Below the pieces are notes generated by a model that did no database searches, was not told the DNA's origin, and saw nothing but the letters and a program-made list of their open reading frames with translations. DNA of 63,798 bases, the filler included, from Actinomycetota bacterium (GTDB lineage: Bacteria > Actinomycetota > Acidimicrobiia > Spongiisociales > UBA4744), in NCBI GenBank assembly GCA_013152275.1. It is 6 parts of 6 records of this genome, joined end to end, with 100 filler letters (N's around TTAATTAATTAA, not from the genome) between each part and the next. Parts side by side here need not be neighbours in the genome. Positions count along the whole stretch, not along the records: positions 23,776 to 32,969 come from JAADGS010000017.1; positions 33,070 to 49,514 come from JAADGS010000011.1; 4 more parts are not named here. One strand, 5' to 3'. The position numbers and the translations under genes are program-made. Numbering within the stretch: the stretch's first letter is position 1; every line of letters starts with the position of its first letter. Positions 29,903 to 40,660 of this stretch are shown here, in pieces.

Positions 29903-31292
29903 GCGTCGACCTCTCCGCCGGAACAAACTGAAGCGGCCCGGCTGTCGCGTCTGTACCTTGCCGCATGACGCCTTGCACTTGGCGCAGCGCATCGCGCGTA
30001 TCGTTCTTCCGCAGCGCGCCGATGTGGCCGATCTGGAACATCCTTTCCGCGAACGCGCCCTTGCCGTTGTAGACCACGATCCCTCTGGTCTTCAGGTGGC
30101 GTCCCAAGTGTTCGAACGAGAGGTATTCAGGCAGTAACACGCAAGTCAGAACGCTGGAGTTCATTCCGTGATAGTCGGCGTACTCAAGCCCCATCCGTAT
30201 CAGCCGTTCACGCGCGAACAACGCCCGCGAACGGATCACTCCTCGGGCCCGTTTCAGGCCCAGTAGGGTGCTCTCCTCGAGCGAGGCGTGAAGCGAGACA
30301 AGCACGTGCACTGCAGGCGTGTTTGGTGTCTGCGCATAGTCGCGCATGTATCTGCAGTGGGTATGGAGATTCAGGTACTGCGGCCCGGCCTGCATTGAGG
30401 CCGACTGCTCGAGAACGCTGCCCTTGACAACAACGATCCCCACGCCGGGCATGGCAGACAGCGCCTTGCCCGACGTGCCGGTGAGGATATCGATGCCCCA
30501 CTCTTCGGCGGCGATCTCCTCAGCCCCGATGCTGCTGACCGCGTCAACCGCGATCAGCGCGCCATGTCGATGGGCAAGTCGGGCGATTGCCGCGACAGGA
30601 TTGAGCATCCCAGTACTCGTCTCATGGTGCACGACGACGACCAGGTGGTAGGGCCTCACCTTGAGCTCCTCTTCCACCTTCTCGAGATCAATCGCCTCCT
30701 GCCATGCGAATCTCAGCTTCCCAACGTCGGGGTTGTGCTGTCGTGCGGCAGTCAGGAGCCGCTCCCCAAACTCGCCGTTGCTGACTACGAGGGTTGGACC
30801 GCTGGGGACGATGCTCGCCAACATGGCCTCGTTCGCCGCTGTTCCCGATCCGGTGATGAATGCAATCTGGTACGAGCTATCTGCGCTGCCAATCCCCACG
30901 ACAGGCTTCAACATCGCCGCGCTCTCAAGCAACAGCTTCGAGAACTCTGGCTCACGGTGACCAATGTTCGTGTTGCTCACGGCTCGTATCACGTGGGCGG
31001 AGAGCAAGACGGGCCCGGGGCAGAGCAGTAGCGGCCCCCGCCTTGCCGCGCGGCGTCTCGAAAGGAACGACCCGAGAAACTCCACCAGGCGGCCGCGTCG
31101 CGGAGAACGGACTCCAGCGGCTCGAGCCGTCCGGCGCAGGACCGGCTCGCGAACACTAACGGGGGTGCCGGACGCTACAACCCGCGTGCTTGGCGTTCCG
31201 ACGTCGCCAACGACCGAGGTCTGCACCGGCACGGCCCGTTCGAACAGGTCGGAGAGATGGCTGGTGGCCGCGACACCATCCGAGCCGTTCAC
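29889..31292 (-). CDS. Class V PLP aminotransferase (PhnW/AepZ/serine-pyruvate-like); start uncertain
   Basis: LLCPGP, GHREPEF, TGSGTAANEA, HHETSTGMLNP, DAVSS, SGKAL (PLP lysine). Confidence 0.85.
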   Translation of the reverse strand: MNGSDGVAATSHLSDLFERAVPVQTSVVGDVGTPSTRVVASGTPVSVREPVLRRTARAAGVRSPRRGRLVEFLGSFLSRRRAARRGPLLLCPGPVLLSAHVIRAVSNTNIGHREPEFSKLLLESAAMLKPVVGIGSADSSYQIAFITGSGTAANEAMLASIVPSGPTLVVSNGEFGERLLTAARQHNPDVGKLRFAWQEAIDLEKVEEELKVRPYHLVVVVHHETSTGMLNPVAAIARLAHRHGALIAVDAVSSIGAEEIAAEEWGIDILTGTSGKALSAMPGVGIVVVKGSVLEQSASMQAGPQYLNLHTHCRYMRDYAQTPNTPAVHVLVSLHASLEESTLLGLKRARGVIRSRALFARERLIRMGLEYADYHGMNSSVLTCVLLPEYLSFEHLGRHLKTRGIVVYNGKGAFAERMFQIGHIGALRKNDTRDALRQVQGVMRQGTDATAGPLQFVPAERSTRVIS

Positions 31293-31514
31293 ATGTGGCG
31301 CGCGCACGCCTTGGCGCGAATCGCTACCGAAATCGATGATGATCCTTCTTCCAAACTGGCCAGAACGGCTGTCAAGCTGCCGAGACGCCTCTCGGGATCG
31401 ACACTCCGGGCCGCTGTTTTGCCTATCAGCGTCAATCTTGCCACATTTGCCGGCGCTTTGTGAACGCCGGTCGAATCCGGTAGCGCGGTGGAAAGTTGGC
31501 CGACGGATGAGGTT

Positions 31515-31829
31515 GACCCGATCTCCCGCACGCCGAGGCCTCGACTCCGTAGCGACGCGATACGGTGACGTTCGAGCCGAGACAGATACCGGCTCCCCCG
31601 ATCGGCCTCGTTGACCCTCACCGGCGCCAGCCCACCTCTCTCGGCGCGCCACCGATATCCGGTCTTGCGAGTAACCCCGACACGGCGACACGCCTCGACC
31701 GTGCCCACACCCGACAAGATCAACTGCCAGTACTCGTCTTCGACAGCCAACTGCCGTTTGCGTCCTCGTCGTCCCATATCCAAGCCCTCCCCGTCTAGCA
31801 CGAGTGTTGCGACAAGTACTAGAACCCAA
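31515..31829 (-). mobile_element. IS30-family remnant (left end and truncated transposase from ATG 31777)
   Basis: EACRRVGVTRKTGYRWRAERGG...RYLSRLERHRIASL...GVREIG; upstream end GGTTCTAGTACTTGTCGCAACAC; truncated. Confidence 0.75.
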
Positions 31830-32200
31830 GCGGTGATAAAGGGTCAGTATTCACCCGGTGGCGACATTCGATTCTCTGGTTGAGGTCGCCGTGCGGCTCG
31901 TTGACGCCACATTCATTGCTGTGACTGTGTACACAGTCTGGGCGAACGCGGGCGCAGACCGAGATCAGTGTTGCCCACGACCATACATACTCTCGCCCAC
32001 GGTGACTGAAACGCGAATCTGGTGCCGGCAGCCTGATAACCCTGGGCGCACAGACTCGTCGATGCTGCCTATTCGGCAGAACCCGTCGGTGGTGACCCGC
32101 ACGTCACAACGCTGGCCCGCATCTCTTCAGTTCGGCTGTCAGCCACCAGGTCGGCTGCATCCCCGAGAACCTGTTGGCTCCACTCTCCCTGATCCCCTTC

Positions 32201-32969
32201 TCAGTTGTCGGGTGTGTCGAGTCCTTGCACGTTTTCGACGCGGGTGAACGTTGCGGAGAATCTGGTGAGGCCCGCCTGGCCCGACAGTGTGGGGAGTATG
32301 TCTTGTTTGGCTTCGAGGAGGTCTCCGGTGTGGGGGCTGAAGATGAGGGTGAATTGTTCCTGGTGGTCATCGACAGCATATGTGGCTGCTACGGCGATTC
32401 CTGGGCGCCCGAGCGTGTCGGTGACATCGCCGACGAGTTCAATGTTTGGGATCTTGGCGGCGACTCGGTATGCGGCGGCGCGCTGTTGCGGCGTAGCTGG
32501 AGCAGTGGCAAGGAAGTTGGCGATCTGTTCGAGAAGTTCGGCGGACGCGGGGTACTGACTGTTGGCCCGCTCGAGGAAGTACGCTTGGAGTGCGTCAGGG
32601 TCGGCGGGCACCTGGCTGGGATCTTCGGCGAGTCCACCAGGCCCGGCGGTGTCATCGATGTTCCGTGTCAGAACGGGTCTGCCGTCGGCTTCCCATGCGG
32701 TCTGGTCGGCGGCCGTCGGGAATCTGAGGGCGCCGTACTGGACTCGTACACGTCCTGATCCGTCGGTTGCGATCCACGTCTCATGCGTCACCGACACCAG
32801 GGCCGCATAGGCAGGCTCGTTTCGGGAGGGGTCTTCGATGAGTTGTTCTCCGACTGCCCGCACGTAGACGAATCCGCCGACGGCGGAGACTGGCCCTCCC
32901 GGCACCGTTGTGGTTGTCTGGTTCTCGGCGATATGGGCGACTGCTTCGAGGGCACGGGCGGCAGGCGTC
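32201..32969 (-). CDS. CU044_5270-like actinobacterial membrane/anti-sigma-associated protein, 5' truncated
   Basis: ETWIATDGSG, PADPDALQAY, QRAAAYRVAAKIP, VTDTLGRPGIAV motifs. Confidence 0.65.
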
Positions 32970-33069
32970 NNNNNNNNNNNNNNNNNNNNNNNNNNNNNNN
33001 NNNNNNNNNNNNNTTAATTAATTAANNNNNNNNNNNNNNNNNNNNNNNNNNNNNNNNNNNNNNNNNNNN
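32970..33069. other. Artificial contig-joining linker
   Basis: N-run/TTAATTAATTAA/N-run. Confidence 0.98.
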
Positions 33070-33070
33070 T

Positions 33071-33096
33071 TCAGACGAGTTCGATGATCGCCATCT
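33071..33096 (-). repeat. Duplicate of rplQ 3' end (MAIIELV-stop), att-like
   Basis: 22-bp exact match ACGAGTTCGATGATCGCCATCT at 33075-33096 and 34108-34129. Confidence 0.85.
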
Positions 33097-33386
33097 GGAC
33101 GCGGCCTGGGACATGTGCGAGCCGGGATCAGCGACCCCGGCTCTGGAGAATCTCGACCCGATCACCGACAAGCTGCCACCAGCAAGGAACCGGCCGAACC
33201 CTGACCGCCGGTGATCGGCGCCGTCAACCGTGTCATCACCCATTGCGGCAACAGCGCGGGCGCCTCGGGCCTGTTCGTGCTACCTTTTCTCGAGTGCGAC
33301 ACCGCCCATACGACGGGTCGCGGGAGGAGTGGGGCGTAGCGCAGCATCTTCCGATCAAGACCAAGCAGCATCAGGAGCGAACGACA

Positions 33387-33965
33387 ATGACCAGAGTTCC
33401 ACTACAGGATCCCGCTACCGCCACCGGACGGACCAAGGAGGTGTTCGATCGTGTCGCCGGCTACTACGGCATGGTGCCGACGCTCCAACAGGCCATGGCG
33501 CCGCAGCCCGAGGTCACCAATGCGCTGTGGGACCTGAGCACAGCGACGATGCAAGAGGGGACCATCCCCGGGGAGCTGAGGCGGGCGATCTTCGTGGTCA
33601 CGGCGACCGCGGGTGAATGCGACTACTGCACGGCTGCGCACATGTTGGCGTTGTTTCGTCACGGTTGGAGCGTCGAAGAGTGTGTCGAGATCGTCGAAGG
33701 GAAGCCGTCGTCACGGTTGGGCGAACCGGAGAATGCGGTCCTCGAGTTCGCCAGAGTCGTGGCCGCACGGCCTGTCGCGGTGACCGACGAGATGACCGAT
33801 CGTCTCGGACAACTGGGATGGACCGAAGCCCAGATCGTCGAGATGGTGACGACGGTGGCGTTGCTCAAGTACACGTCGACGGTGGCAACGGCACTCGACA
33901 TCCCGTTCGAGAAGATCATGCTCCCTCTCCTCGATGGCCCACCGTTCCGTTCGGAAGGCGACTGA
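33387..33965 (+). CDS. Carboxymuconolactone decarboxylase / AhpD-like peroxidase
   Basis: ECDYCTAAH CxxC-H motif; GWTEAQIVE; RBS AGGAG upstream. Confidence 0.88.
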   Translation: MTRVPLQDPATATGRTKEVFDRVAGYYGMVPTLQQAMAPQPEVTNALWDLSTATMQEGTIPGELRRAIFVVTATAGECDYCTAAHMLALFRHGWSVEECVEIVEGKPSSRLGEPENAVLEFARVVAARPVAVTDEMTDRLGQLGWTEAQIVEMVTTVALLKYTSTVATALDIPFEKIMLPLLDGPPFRSEGD

Positions 33966-34103
33966 CTCTCGTCGCATCCGCATGTCCCCGGTGGCGGAAA
34001 CGCCATCTCGGAGTATCGGATCGAGGGAACTTCGATCGGGCGTTCGGGTAGGAGGAACGCGGTCACCCGGGGAGGCGGCCCCTACACGGCGCCGGGCGGA
34101 TCC

Positions 34104-34454
34104 TTACACGAGTTCGATGATCGCCATCTCGGCGTTGTCGCCGCGACGGGAACCGATCTTGACGATCCTCGTGTAGCCGCCCGGGCGGTCGGCATACCTT
34201 GGAGCAATCTCGTCGAAGAGTTTCGTGACGACTTCCGTGTCACCGATCACTTTGAGTACCTGACGACGTGCATGCAGATCGCCGCGCCGAGCCTTCGTGA
34301 TGAGTCGCTCCGCGAGCGGCCGTACGGCTTTGGCGCGAGTGACGGTCGTGGTGAGCTTCTCCTCCCAGAACAACGACTGTGCCAGGTTGCCCAGCATCGC
34401 CTTCTCGGCCGACGGGCTCCCGCCCAGACGCGGACCTTTTCGAGGCCGAGGCAT
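34104..34454 (-). CDS. rplQ: 50S ribosomal protein L17
   Basis: [26 protein letters not shown]. Confidence 0.97.
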   Translation of the reverse strand: MPRPRKGPRLGGSPSAEKAMLGNLAQSLFWEEKLTTTVTRAKAVRPLAERLITKARRGDLHARRQVLKVIGDTEVVTKLFDEIAPRYADRPGGYTRIVKIGSRRGDNAEMAIIELV

Positions 34455-35404
34455 CACGCACCCGCCGTTTCCCCGCCACCGGCGAGGCTCAAACCGAGTT
34501 CGTCCAGTTTGGCGACGACTTCTTCGAGGCTCTTGTGACCGAAGTTCGTGATGCTCAGCAGATCATCCGCCGTCTTTGCGACGAGTTCGCCGACGCTCTC
34601 GATCTGGGCACGCCGCAAGCAGTTGCGGGGACGCTCCGAAAGGTCGAGCGCCTCGATGGGGAGTTCCAGGTCGGGCGACATCGGTTCTGCGATGGCGACG
34701 TCACCGAGTTCGAGTCCGACACCTTCACCGATCTCGGCAAACAGGCCGAGCAGCTCGCGAAGCGTCTTCCCTGCGGATGACACGGCTTCGGAGGGCTCGA
34801 GCGACCCGTCGGTCTCGATATCGAGGACGAGCCGGTCGAAGTTCGTCATCTGACCAACCTGGGTCGGCTCGACCTGGTAAGTCACTTTGCGAACCGGCGA
34901 GAAGATCGAATCGATCGGGATGATCCCGATGACTTCGGCCGCCTTGTTCTTATCTGCGGAACGATACCCGACTCCGCGCTCGGCAGTGAGTTCGATTTCG
35001 AGTCGTCCGGAAGATGACAGCGTGGCGATGTGCAGGTCCGGGTTCACGACTTCGACGCTGGCGGGCGTCTTGATGTCGGCGGCCGTGACCTCGCCGGCCC
35101 CCTTCGCCGACAGATACATGATCTGCGCCGGGTCGGAAGCCTCGATGCGGAGTACGACCTGCTTGAGGTTCAGGATGATATCGACGACGTCTTCCACGAC
35201 ACCGTCGATCGTCGAGAACTCGTGCTGGATGCCTTCGATCTGCACGGTCGTGATGGCAGCACCGGGAATCCTGGCGAGCAGGGTCCGTCGCAGCGTGTTG
35301 CCCAGCGTATACCCGAACCCTGGCTCGAGCGGTTCGACGATGAACTTCGAACGCGCCTCGGAGACGGGCTGTTCTTCAATATGTGGACGTTGAACGATCA
35401 GCAC
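34454..35404 (-). CDS. rpoA: RNA polymerase alpha subunit
   Basis: [30 protein letters not shown], alpha-CTD. Confidence 0.98.
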   Translation of the reverse strand: MLIVQRPHIEEQPVSEARSKFIVEPLEPGFGYTLGNTLRRTLLARIPGAAITTVQIEGIQHEFSTIDGVVEDVVDIILNLKQVVLRIEASDPAQIMYLSAKGAGEVTAADIKTPASVEVVNPDLHIATLSSSGRLEIELTAERGVGYRSADKNKAAEVIGIIPIDSIFSPVRKVTYQVEPTQVGQMTNFDRLVLDIETDGSLEPSEAVSSAGKTLRELLGLFAEIGEGVGLELGDVAIAEPMSPDLELPIEALDLSERPRNCLRRAQIESVGELVAKTADDLLSITNFGHKSLEEVVAKLDELGLSLAGGGETAGA

Positions 35405-35413
35405 GGTGGTCTC

Positions 35414-36019
35414 CTACCTCGAATAGAGCTCGACGACGAGCTGTTCACGAATCTGCGTGTCGATCTGGGCACGGTTCGGGACGTCCTGCACGACGATCGT
35501 GCGCTCGTCCGCATTGATCTCGAGCCACTCGGGCAGTGAGTGTGTCACCGTCTCGAGAGAGTGCTCGACGATGATCAGGTTGCGGCTCCGCTCACGAAGC
35601 GTGATCACGTCGCCTGCTCGGACCTGATAGGAAGGAATGTCGACCTTCTTGCCGTTCACCTCGAAGTGCCCATGATTGACCAGTTGGCGTGCCTGAGGTC
35701 GGGTTTGTGCGAAGCCCGCCCGGTACACGACGTTGTCGAGACGGGTCTCGAGGATGCGCAACAGGCTTTCCCCGGTGATACCCCTCTGCCGGGCAGCTTC
35801 CCGGTAGTAGCGTCGGAACTGGCGCTCCAACACCCCGTACATGGCACGCAGTTTCTGCTTCTCACGAAGCTGAATCTGATAGTCCGTCTCTCGAATGCGG
35901 CCGCGGCCGTGCTCGCCGGGAGGATACGGTCGCCGATCGACCGCGCACTTCTTCGACTGGCAAAGTGGCTGTCGCGCCCGACGGCACAGCTTGTGGGTAG
36001 GCCCTGTGTAGCGAGCCAT
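35414..36019 (-). CDS. rpsD: 30S ribosomal protein S4
   Basis: MARYTGP, QLREKQK, RLDNVVYRAGFA, VVELYSR. Confidence 0.97.
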   Translation of the reverse strand: MARYTGPTHKLCRRARQPLCQSKKCAVDRRPYPPGEHGRGRIRETDYQIQLREKQKLRAMYGVLERQFRRYYREAARQRGITGESLLRILETRLDNVVYRAGFAQTRPQARQLVNHGHFEVNGKKVDIPSYQVRAGDVITLRERSRNLIIVEHSLETVTHSLPEWLEINADERTIVVQDVPNRAQIDTQIREQLVVELYSR

Positions 36020-36408
36020 CAGCCCCTCCGCTTCTTCGGCCGACATCCGTTGTGCGGGAACGGAGTGACATCTTTGATGAAGGTGACCTCCATGCCCATG
36101 TTCTGCAGCGTGCGGACCGCCGTGTCCCGACCTCCGCCGCTCCCCGAGACGATCACGTCGAGTTTGCGTACTCCGTGCTCTCCGGCCTGCCGGGCCGCCT
36201 CTTCCGCCGCGACCTGCGCCGCGTACGGAGTCGATTTGCGCGAACCTTTGAATCCCACCGTTCCCCCGGACGTCCACACGATCGTGTTGCCGTCGAGGTC
36301 GGTGATGTTGATGATCGTGTTGTTGAAACTCGCCGTGATGTGGGCCTGTCCGTGAGCGATGTTCTTCCGCTCGCGACGACGTACCCGCTTTGTTTGCTGC
36401 TTCGCCAC
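36019..36408 (-). CDS. rpsK: 30S ribosomal protein S11
   Basis: [32 protein letters not shown]. Confidence 0.98.
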   Translation of the reverse strand: MAKQQTKRVRRRERKNIAHGQAHITASFNNTIINITDLDGNTIVWTSGGTVGFKGSRKSTPYAAQVAAEEAARQAGEHGVRKLDVIVSGSGGGRDTAVRTLQNMGMEVTFIKDVTPFPHNGCRPKKRRG

Positions 36409-36414
36409 TGAGAC

Positions 36415-36792
36415 CTACTTCTTGACCTTCTTCTTGCCGGCGATCGCCGAACGCCGTCCCTTACGAGTTCGGGCATTCGTGTGCGTCCGCTGGCCGCGCA
36501 CCGGGAGACCCCGGCGGTGGCGAATGCCCTGATATGTCCCGATCTCGATCTTTCTCTTGATGTTCTGGGCGACCTCTCGGCGCAAGTCACCTTCCACCCG
36601 ATAGCCCTGATCGATGAAACGTCGAATGCGGATCACTTCATCGTCGGTCAGATCACGAACTTTCGTGCCGGGATCGATATCGAGACCGAAACAGATCTGC
36701 TGCGCCCGTGTGCGACCCACACCAAAGATGTACGTCAGACCGATCTCGACTCGCTTGTCTCTCGGAAGGTCAACTCCCGCAATTCGCGCCAT
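36415..36792 (-). CDS. rpsM: 30S ribosomal protein S13
   Basis: [29 protein letters not shown]. Confidence 0.98.
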   Translation of the reverse strand: MARIAGVDLPRDKRVEIGLTYIFGVGRTRAQQICFGLDIDPGTKVRDLTDDEVIRIRRFIDQGYRVEGDLRREVAQNIKRKIEIGTYQGIRHRRGLPVRGQRTHTNARTRKGRRSAIAGKKKVKK

Positions 36793-36795
36793 TCC

Positions 36796-36909
36796 TCACC
36801 CCTGCCGTTGCTTGTGCCGCGGGTTGTCGCAGATCACCCACACACGACCATGCCGCCGGATGATCCGACATTTCTCACACATCTTCTTCACCGAAGGTCT
36901 CACCTTCAT
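36796..36909 (-). CDS. rpmJ: 50S ribosomal protein L36 (not in ORF track)
   Basis: My translation [37 protein letters not shown]. Confidence 0.96.
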   Translation of the reverse strand: MKVRPSVKKMCEKCRIIRRHGRVWVICDNPRHKQRQG

Positions 36910-37127
36910 CTGTATCTCCACACGATCCGGCCCCGCGTCGGATCATACGCCGACAACTCGAGGTCAACCCTGTCACCAGGCAGGATACGGATATACCGCA
37001 TCCTCATCTTGCCTGAAACATGGGCAAGTACTTCAAGGCCGCCTTCGATCTCCACCCGGAACATGGCGTTCGGGAGTGTCTCGAGGACGGTCCCCTGCAC
37101 TCTGATTACATCGTCTTGCTTTACCAC
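36906..37127 (-). CDS. infA: Translation initiation factor IF-1
   Basis: [28 protein letters not shown]. Confidence 0.96.
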   Translation of the reverse strand: MVKQDDVIRVQGTVLETLPNAMFRVEIEGGLEVLAHVSGKMRMRYIRILPGDRVDLELSAYDPTRGRIVWRYR

Positions 37128-37168
37128 AGAAAACCTAGAGAATAGTCCCAAGAGACCGAAGGAGGAGG

Positions 37169-37945
37169 CTAGCCGCCATGGGCGCCCTCAACCAAATCCG
37201 GCTCTTGCGTCAGCACCCGGACTCCGCCATCCGTGAGAGCGATGGTGTGCTCGAAGTGTGCCGATAGACTACCGTCCGCCGTCTTCACCGTCCAACCGTC
37301 GGACTCGACCTTCGTGGCCTCACCGCCCATGTTGAACATCGGCTCGATGCAGATCGACATGCCACGGCGTAGTTTGAGACCCGTTCCCCGAGCGCCATAG
37401 TTGGGGATTTGCGGATCCTCATGCATCTGGCGACCGATTCCATGACCCAGATACTCCCGTACCACGCCAAGTCCTTGACGCTTCGCCTCACGCTCCACCG
37501 CATATCCGATGTCACCGATCCGGGCACCTTCTCTGACTTGATCGATACCCGCCCACAGCGCGGCCTCCGTCGTGTCGATGAGCCGCTGCACGGGCTTTGC
37601 CACTTCACCGACGGCGAACGTGGCGGCAGCGTCGCCGTGGTATCCCTGGTAGATGGCCCCGGCGTCGATCGACAGGATGTCACCTTCGACGAGCCGGTAT
37701 GAAGAGGGGATGCCGTGCACGATCACGTCGTTGGGAGATGTGCAAATGTGCGCAGGGTATCCGTGGTAACCGAGAAACGATGGTGTGCAGTCCCGAGCCC
37801 TGATGATCTCGGCTGCGACTTCGTCGAGCTCCTTCAACGTGACACCGGGTGCGATGAGGACCCGCACGGCGGAGAGGACCGCGGCGACCGCCGCCCCCGC
37901 AACGCTCATCTTGTCGAATTCCTTCGCGTTCTTGATGGTGATCAT
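37169..37945 (-). CDS. map: Methionine aminopeptidase type I
   Basis: [30 protein letters not shown]. Confidence 0.97.
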   Translation of the reverse strand: MITIKNAKEFDKMSVAGAAVAAVLSAVRVLIAPGVTLKELDEVAAEIIRARDCTPSFLGYHGYPAHICTSPNDVIVHGIPSSYRLVEGDILSIDAGAIYQGYHGDAAATFAVGEVAKPVQRLIDTTEAALWAGIDQVREGARIGDIGYAVEREAKRQGLGVVREYLGHGIGRQMHEDPQIPNYGARGTGLKLRRGMSICIEPMFNMGGEATKVESDGWTVKTADGSLSAHFEHTIALTDGGVRVLTQEPDLVEGAHGG

Positions 37946-38571
37946 AAGACTTCGATGATTCGGGACCGGATGTCGTCGACGGATCCGACACCGTCGACCT
38001 CCACCAGAATGTCGGCGTAGTAGTCGATCAGCGGCGCCGTGTTCATCCGGTAGATGGCAAGCCGATTCCTGACGACCTCCTCCGTGTCGTCACTGCGCTG
38101 AAACAGCGGCAGCCCATCCACATCGCAGACTCCTTCGACCTTCGGAGGCCGGTCGGTAACGTGGTACACATGCCCTTCCGCGCAGCTCCGCCTGCCGGTG
38201 ATGCGGCGAACGATCTCTTCCTCGGGTACCACAAGTGACACGACCCGGTCGAGACCGTCCTCACCAAGCAGTTCATCGAGAGCCAGCGCCTGGCACCTGG
38301 TGCGTGGGAAACCGTCGAGGATGAAGCCTTTAGCCATGTCTTCACGTTCGAGCCGGTCGGCCAGCATGGCGACGACCAGGTCGTCGGGGACCAGGTTCCC
38401 GGCCTCCATCATGGTTTTCGCCTTCCGACCGAGTTCGGTGCCGCGAGCGACGTGGTCGCGCAGCATGTTGCCCGTGGAGATATGGCCGATGCCCAGATCC
38501 GAAGCGATCATTACGGCTTGGGTTCCCTTGCCTGCTCCGGGCGGTCCGAGAAACAGGTATCTGCGACCCAT
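37942..38571 (-). CDS. adk: Adenylate kinase
   Basis: GPPGAGKGTQA, HISTG, GFILDGFPRT. Confidence 0.97.
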   Translation of the reverse strand: MGRRYLFLGPPGAGKGTQAVMIASDLGIGHISTGNMLRDHVARGTELGRKAKTMMEAGNLVPDDLVVAMLADRLEREDMAKGFILDGFPRTRCQALALDELLGEDGLDRVVSLVVPEEEIVRRITGRRSCAEGHVYHVTDRPPKVEGVCDVDGLPLFQRSDDTEEVVRNRLAIYRMNTAPLIDYYADILVEVDGVGSVDDIRSRIIEVL

Positions 38572-38607
38572 CCGATCACCACGCACGCTCGGCGAGCGCA
38601 CACTCGC

Positions 38608-39930
38608 TCACGTCAGGAACCCTTCGTAGTTCCTCATCGTCAGCTGGCTTTCGATCTGCTTCATCGTCTCCAGGGCCACTCCGACCACGATGAGGATGGA
38701 TACGCCACTGAATCCGACCGGCACATTGAAGATCGCACTCGCGATCGCAGGCAGGACGGAGACGATGGCAAGGAACAGCGATCCCGGCAGCGTGATCCGG
38801 TTGAGGATGTGTCCGAGGTGCCGTGCGGTCTGGCTGCCGGGACGCACACCGGGGATGAACCCACCTTGACGCTGGATGAGCTCGGCCTGACGGACGGGGT
38901 CGAACTGAATGGCCGTATAGAAGTACGTGAAGAAGATGATCAGGACGAACAACAAGAAGATATAGAACGTACTCGTCCCGGCACTGTTGCCGATGTTGAT
39001 GCTGATCCAGTTTCGAAGCGAGGCGAGGAATGCTCCTTTGTCCGTTGGTATCGCCGTCGCGATGAGGACGGGGAAGTACATGACCGAGGTGGCAAAGATG
39101 ACCGGGATAACTCCGGCCGTATTGACCTTGAGCGGAATATAGGTGCTCTGTCCACCCAGCACTCGCCGGCCGCGCACGCGCTTGGCGAACTGGATGGGAA
39201 TCCGGCGCTGGCCCTGCTCGACGTAGATGATCCCGACGATCAGCACCAGGAACACCAGCATGAAGACCGCAAAGATCGATGCACCACCGGATCGACCGTT
39301 TCCCAGGGTGTTGGCCCAGATCTGCGAGAAGCTGGCCGGCAGCCGAGAGGCGATCGCGATGAAGATGATCAGGGACATGCCGTTACCGACTCCCCGTTCG
39401 GTGATCAGTTCACCGAGCCACATGATGAATGCCGTGCCGGCGGTCATCGTCAACACGATGAGGGCTACGCGTGCCGGCGTGTAGATGGGAATCAAAGGGA
39501 TGCCCTGGGTGAGCGTTCCGGCGCTGAACAGGAACGTGAGACCGGTCGACTGCAGCAGCGCCAGCACGACCGTTATATACCGGGTCCACTGGGTGATCAC
39601 CTTCTGACCCGTCTCACCTTCGTCCTGCAGTGCCTGCAGCTTCGGGATCACGACGGCGAGCAACTGCATGATGATCGCCGCGGTGATGTACGGCATGATG
39701 CCGAGGCTGAACACCGAGAAGCGCTGTAACGCTCCGCCGGAGAACAGGTTCAGCAGGCCGAGAATACCGGCCTGCTGCTGATTCGCGGCCAGCTTCTGCA
39801 CCGCGCTGAGGCTCACCCCGGGAACGGGAATGGCCCCCCCGAGGCGGTATACGGCGAAGATGAACAGCGTGAACAAGATCTTTCCACGAAGATCGGCGAT
39901 CTTGAACATGTTCCGGTAGATAGAAAGCAT
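38608..39930 (-). CDS. secY: Preprotein translocase SecY
   Basis: LGIMPYITAAII, WLGELITERGVGNGMSL, GFIPGVRPG. Confidence 0.98.
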   Translation of the reverse strand: MLSIYRNMFKIADLRGKILFTLFIFAVYRLGGAIPVPGVSLSAVQKLAANQQQAGILGLLNLFSGGALQRFSVFSLGIMPYITAAIIMQLLAVVIPKLQALQDEGETGQKVITQWTRYITVVLALLQSTGLTFLFSAGTLTQGIPLIPIYTPARVALIVLTMTAGTAFIMWLGELITERGVGNGMSLIIFIAIASRLPASFSQIWANTLGNGRSGGASIFAVFMLVFLVLIVGIIYVEQGQRRIPIQFAKRVRGRRVLGGQSTYIPLKVNTAGVIPVIFATSVMYFPVLIATAIPTDKGAFLASLRNWISINIGNSAGTSTFYIFLLFVLIIFFTYFYTAIQFDPVRQAELIQRQGGFIPGVRPGSQTARHLGHILNRITLPGSLFLAIVSVLPAIASAIFNVPVGFSGVSILIVVGVALETMKQIESQLTMRNYEGFLT

Positions 39931-39943
39931 CTCAGAGACTCCG

Positions 39944-40411
39944 CTAGCGCTCGATGACTTCGACCGTGCCTCCAGCGGCCTCGATCTTCGCGACCGCCGA
40001 CTTGCTGAAGGCGTGTGCCTGGACGGTGAGCGCTCTCGTGATCTCGCCTTCGCCGAGCACCTTGACACGCCCGCGCTTCTTGACCATGCCCCGCGATTTC
40101 AGTTCCTCCGGGGTCACGGTCGTACCCTTGGAGAACACTTCCAGTGCCTCGACATTGATAACCGCGAAGTACTCCTTGTTCGGGTTCGTGAAACCGCGCA
40201 TCTTGGGAAGCCGCCGCGTGAGGGGCATCTGCCCACCCTCGAAGCCGATCCGAAGTTTGTTCCTCGCCTTCAGCCCCTTGGTTCCCCTGCCCGCGGTCTT
40301 TCCGCGCCGACCGCCCTCGCCCCGACCCACCCGACGTTTGGGCCGTTTCGAGCCGGGCGCAGGGCGCAGGTGATGGAGTTGAAGCTTCGTGATCTTCTCT
40401 TCGTCAGCCAT
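39944..40411 (-). CDS. rplO: 50S ribosomal protein L15
   Basis: RVGRGEGG..GKTAGRG, FEGGQMPL. Confidence 0.97.
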   Translation of the reverse strand: MADEEKITKLQLHHLRPAPGSKRPKRRVGRGEGGRRGKTAGRGTKGLKARNKLRIGFEGGQMPLTRRLPKMRGFTNPNKEYFAVINVEALEVFSKGTTVTPEELKSRGMVKKRGRVKVLGEGEITRALTVQAHAFSKSAVAKIEAAGGTVEVIER

Positions 40412-40412
40412 A

Positions 40413-40447
40413 TCAGTTCTCTGTCCTCGGTTCGCAGTTCTCGGTCC
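40413..40447. repeat. Degenerate heptamer tract (TCAGTTC TCTGTCC TCGGTTC GCAGTTC TCGGTCC)
   Basis: 7-nt periodicity in rpmD-rplO spacer. Confidence 0.7.
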
Positions 40448-40471
40448 CTCGTCGCATCGACCGATAACCGA

Positions 40472-40660
40472 TTACTTGTCCTCTTCAACCTTCACGAGAT
40501 GTCGCACCTTGTGCAACATCCCGCGAACTGCAGGAGTGTCCTCGTGCCGGACCGTCTGGTGCATGCGCCGCAGTCCGAGACTCCGAACCGTCGCGCGATT
40601 CTTCGGTTTCTGTCCGATCGTGCTCTTGACGAGCGTCACGGTGAGCGTCTGCTTCGCCAT
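40472..40660 (-). CDS. rpmD: 50S ribosomal protein L30
   Basis: [25 protein letters not shown]. Confidence 0.96.
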   Translation of the reverse strand: MAKQTLTVTLVKSTIGQKPKNRATVRSLGLRRMHQTVRHEDTPAVRGMLHKVRHLVKVEEDK

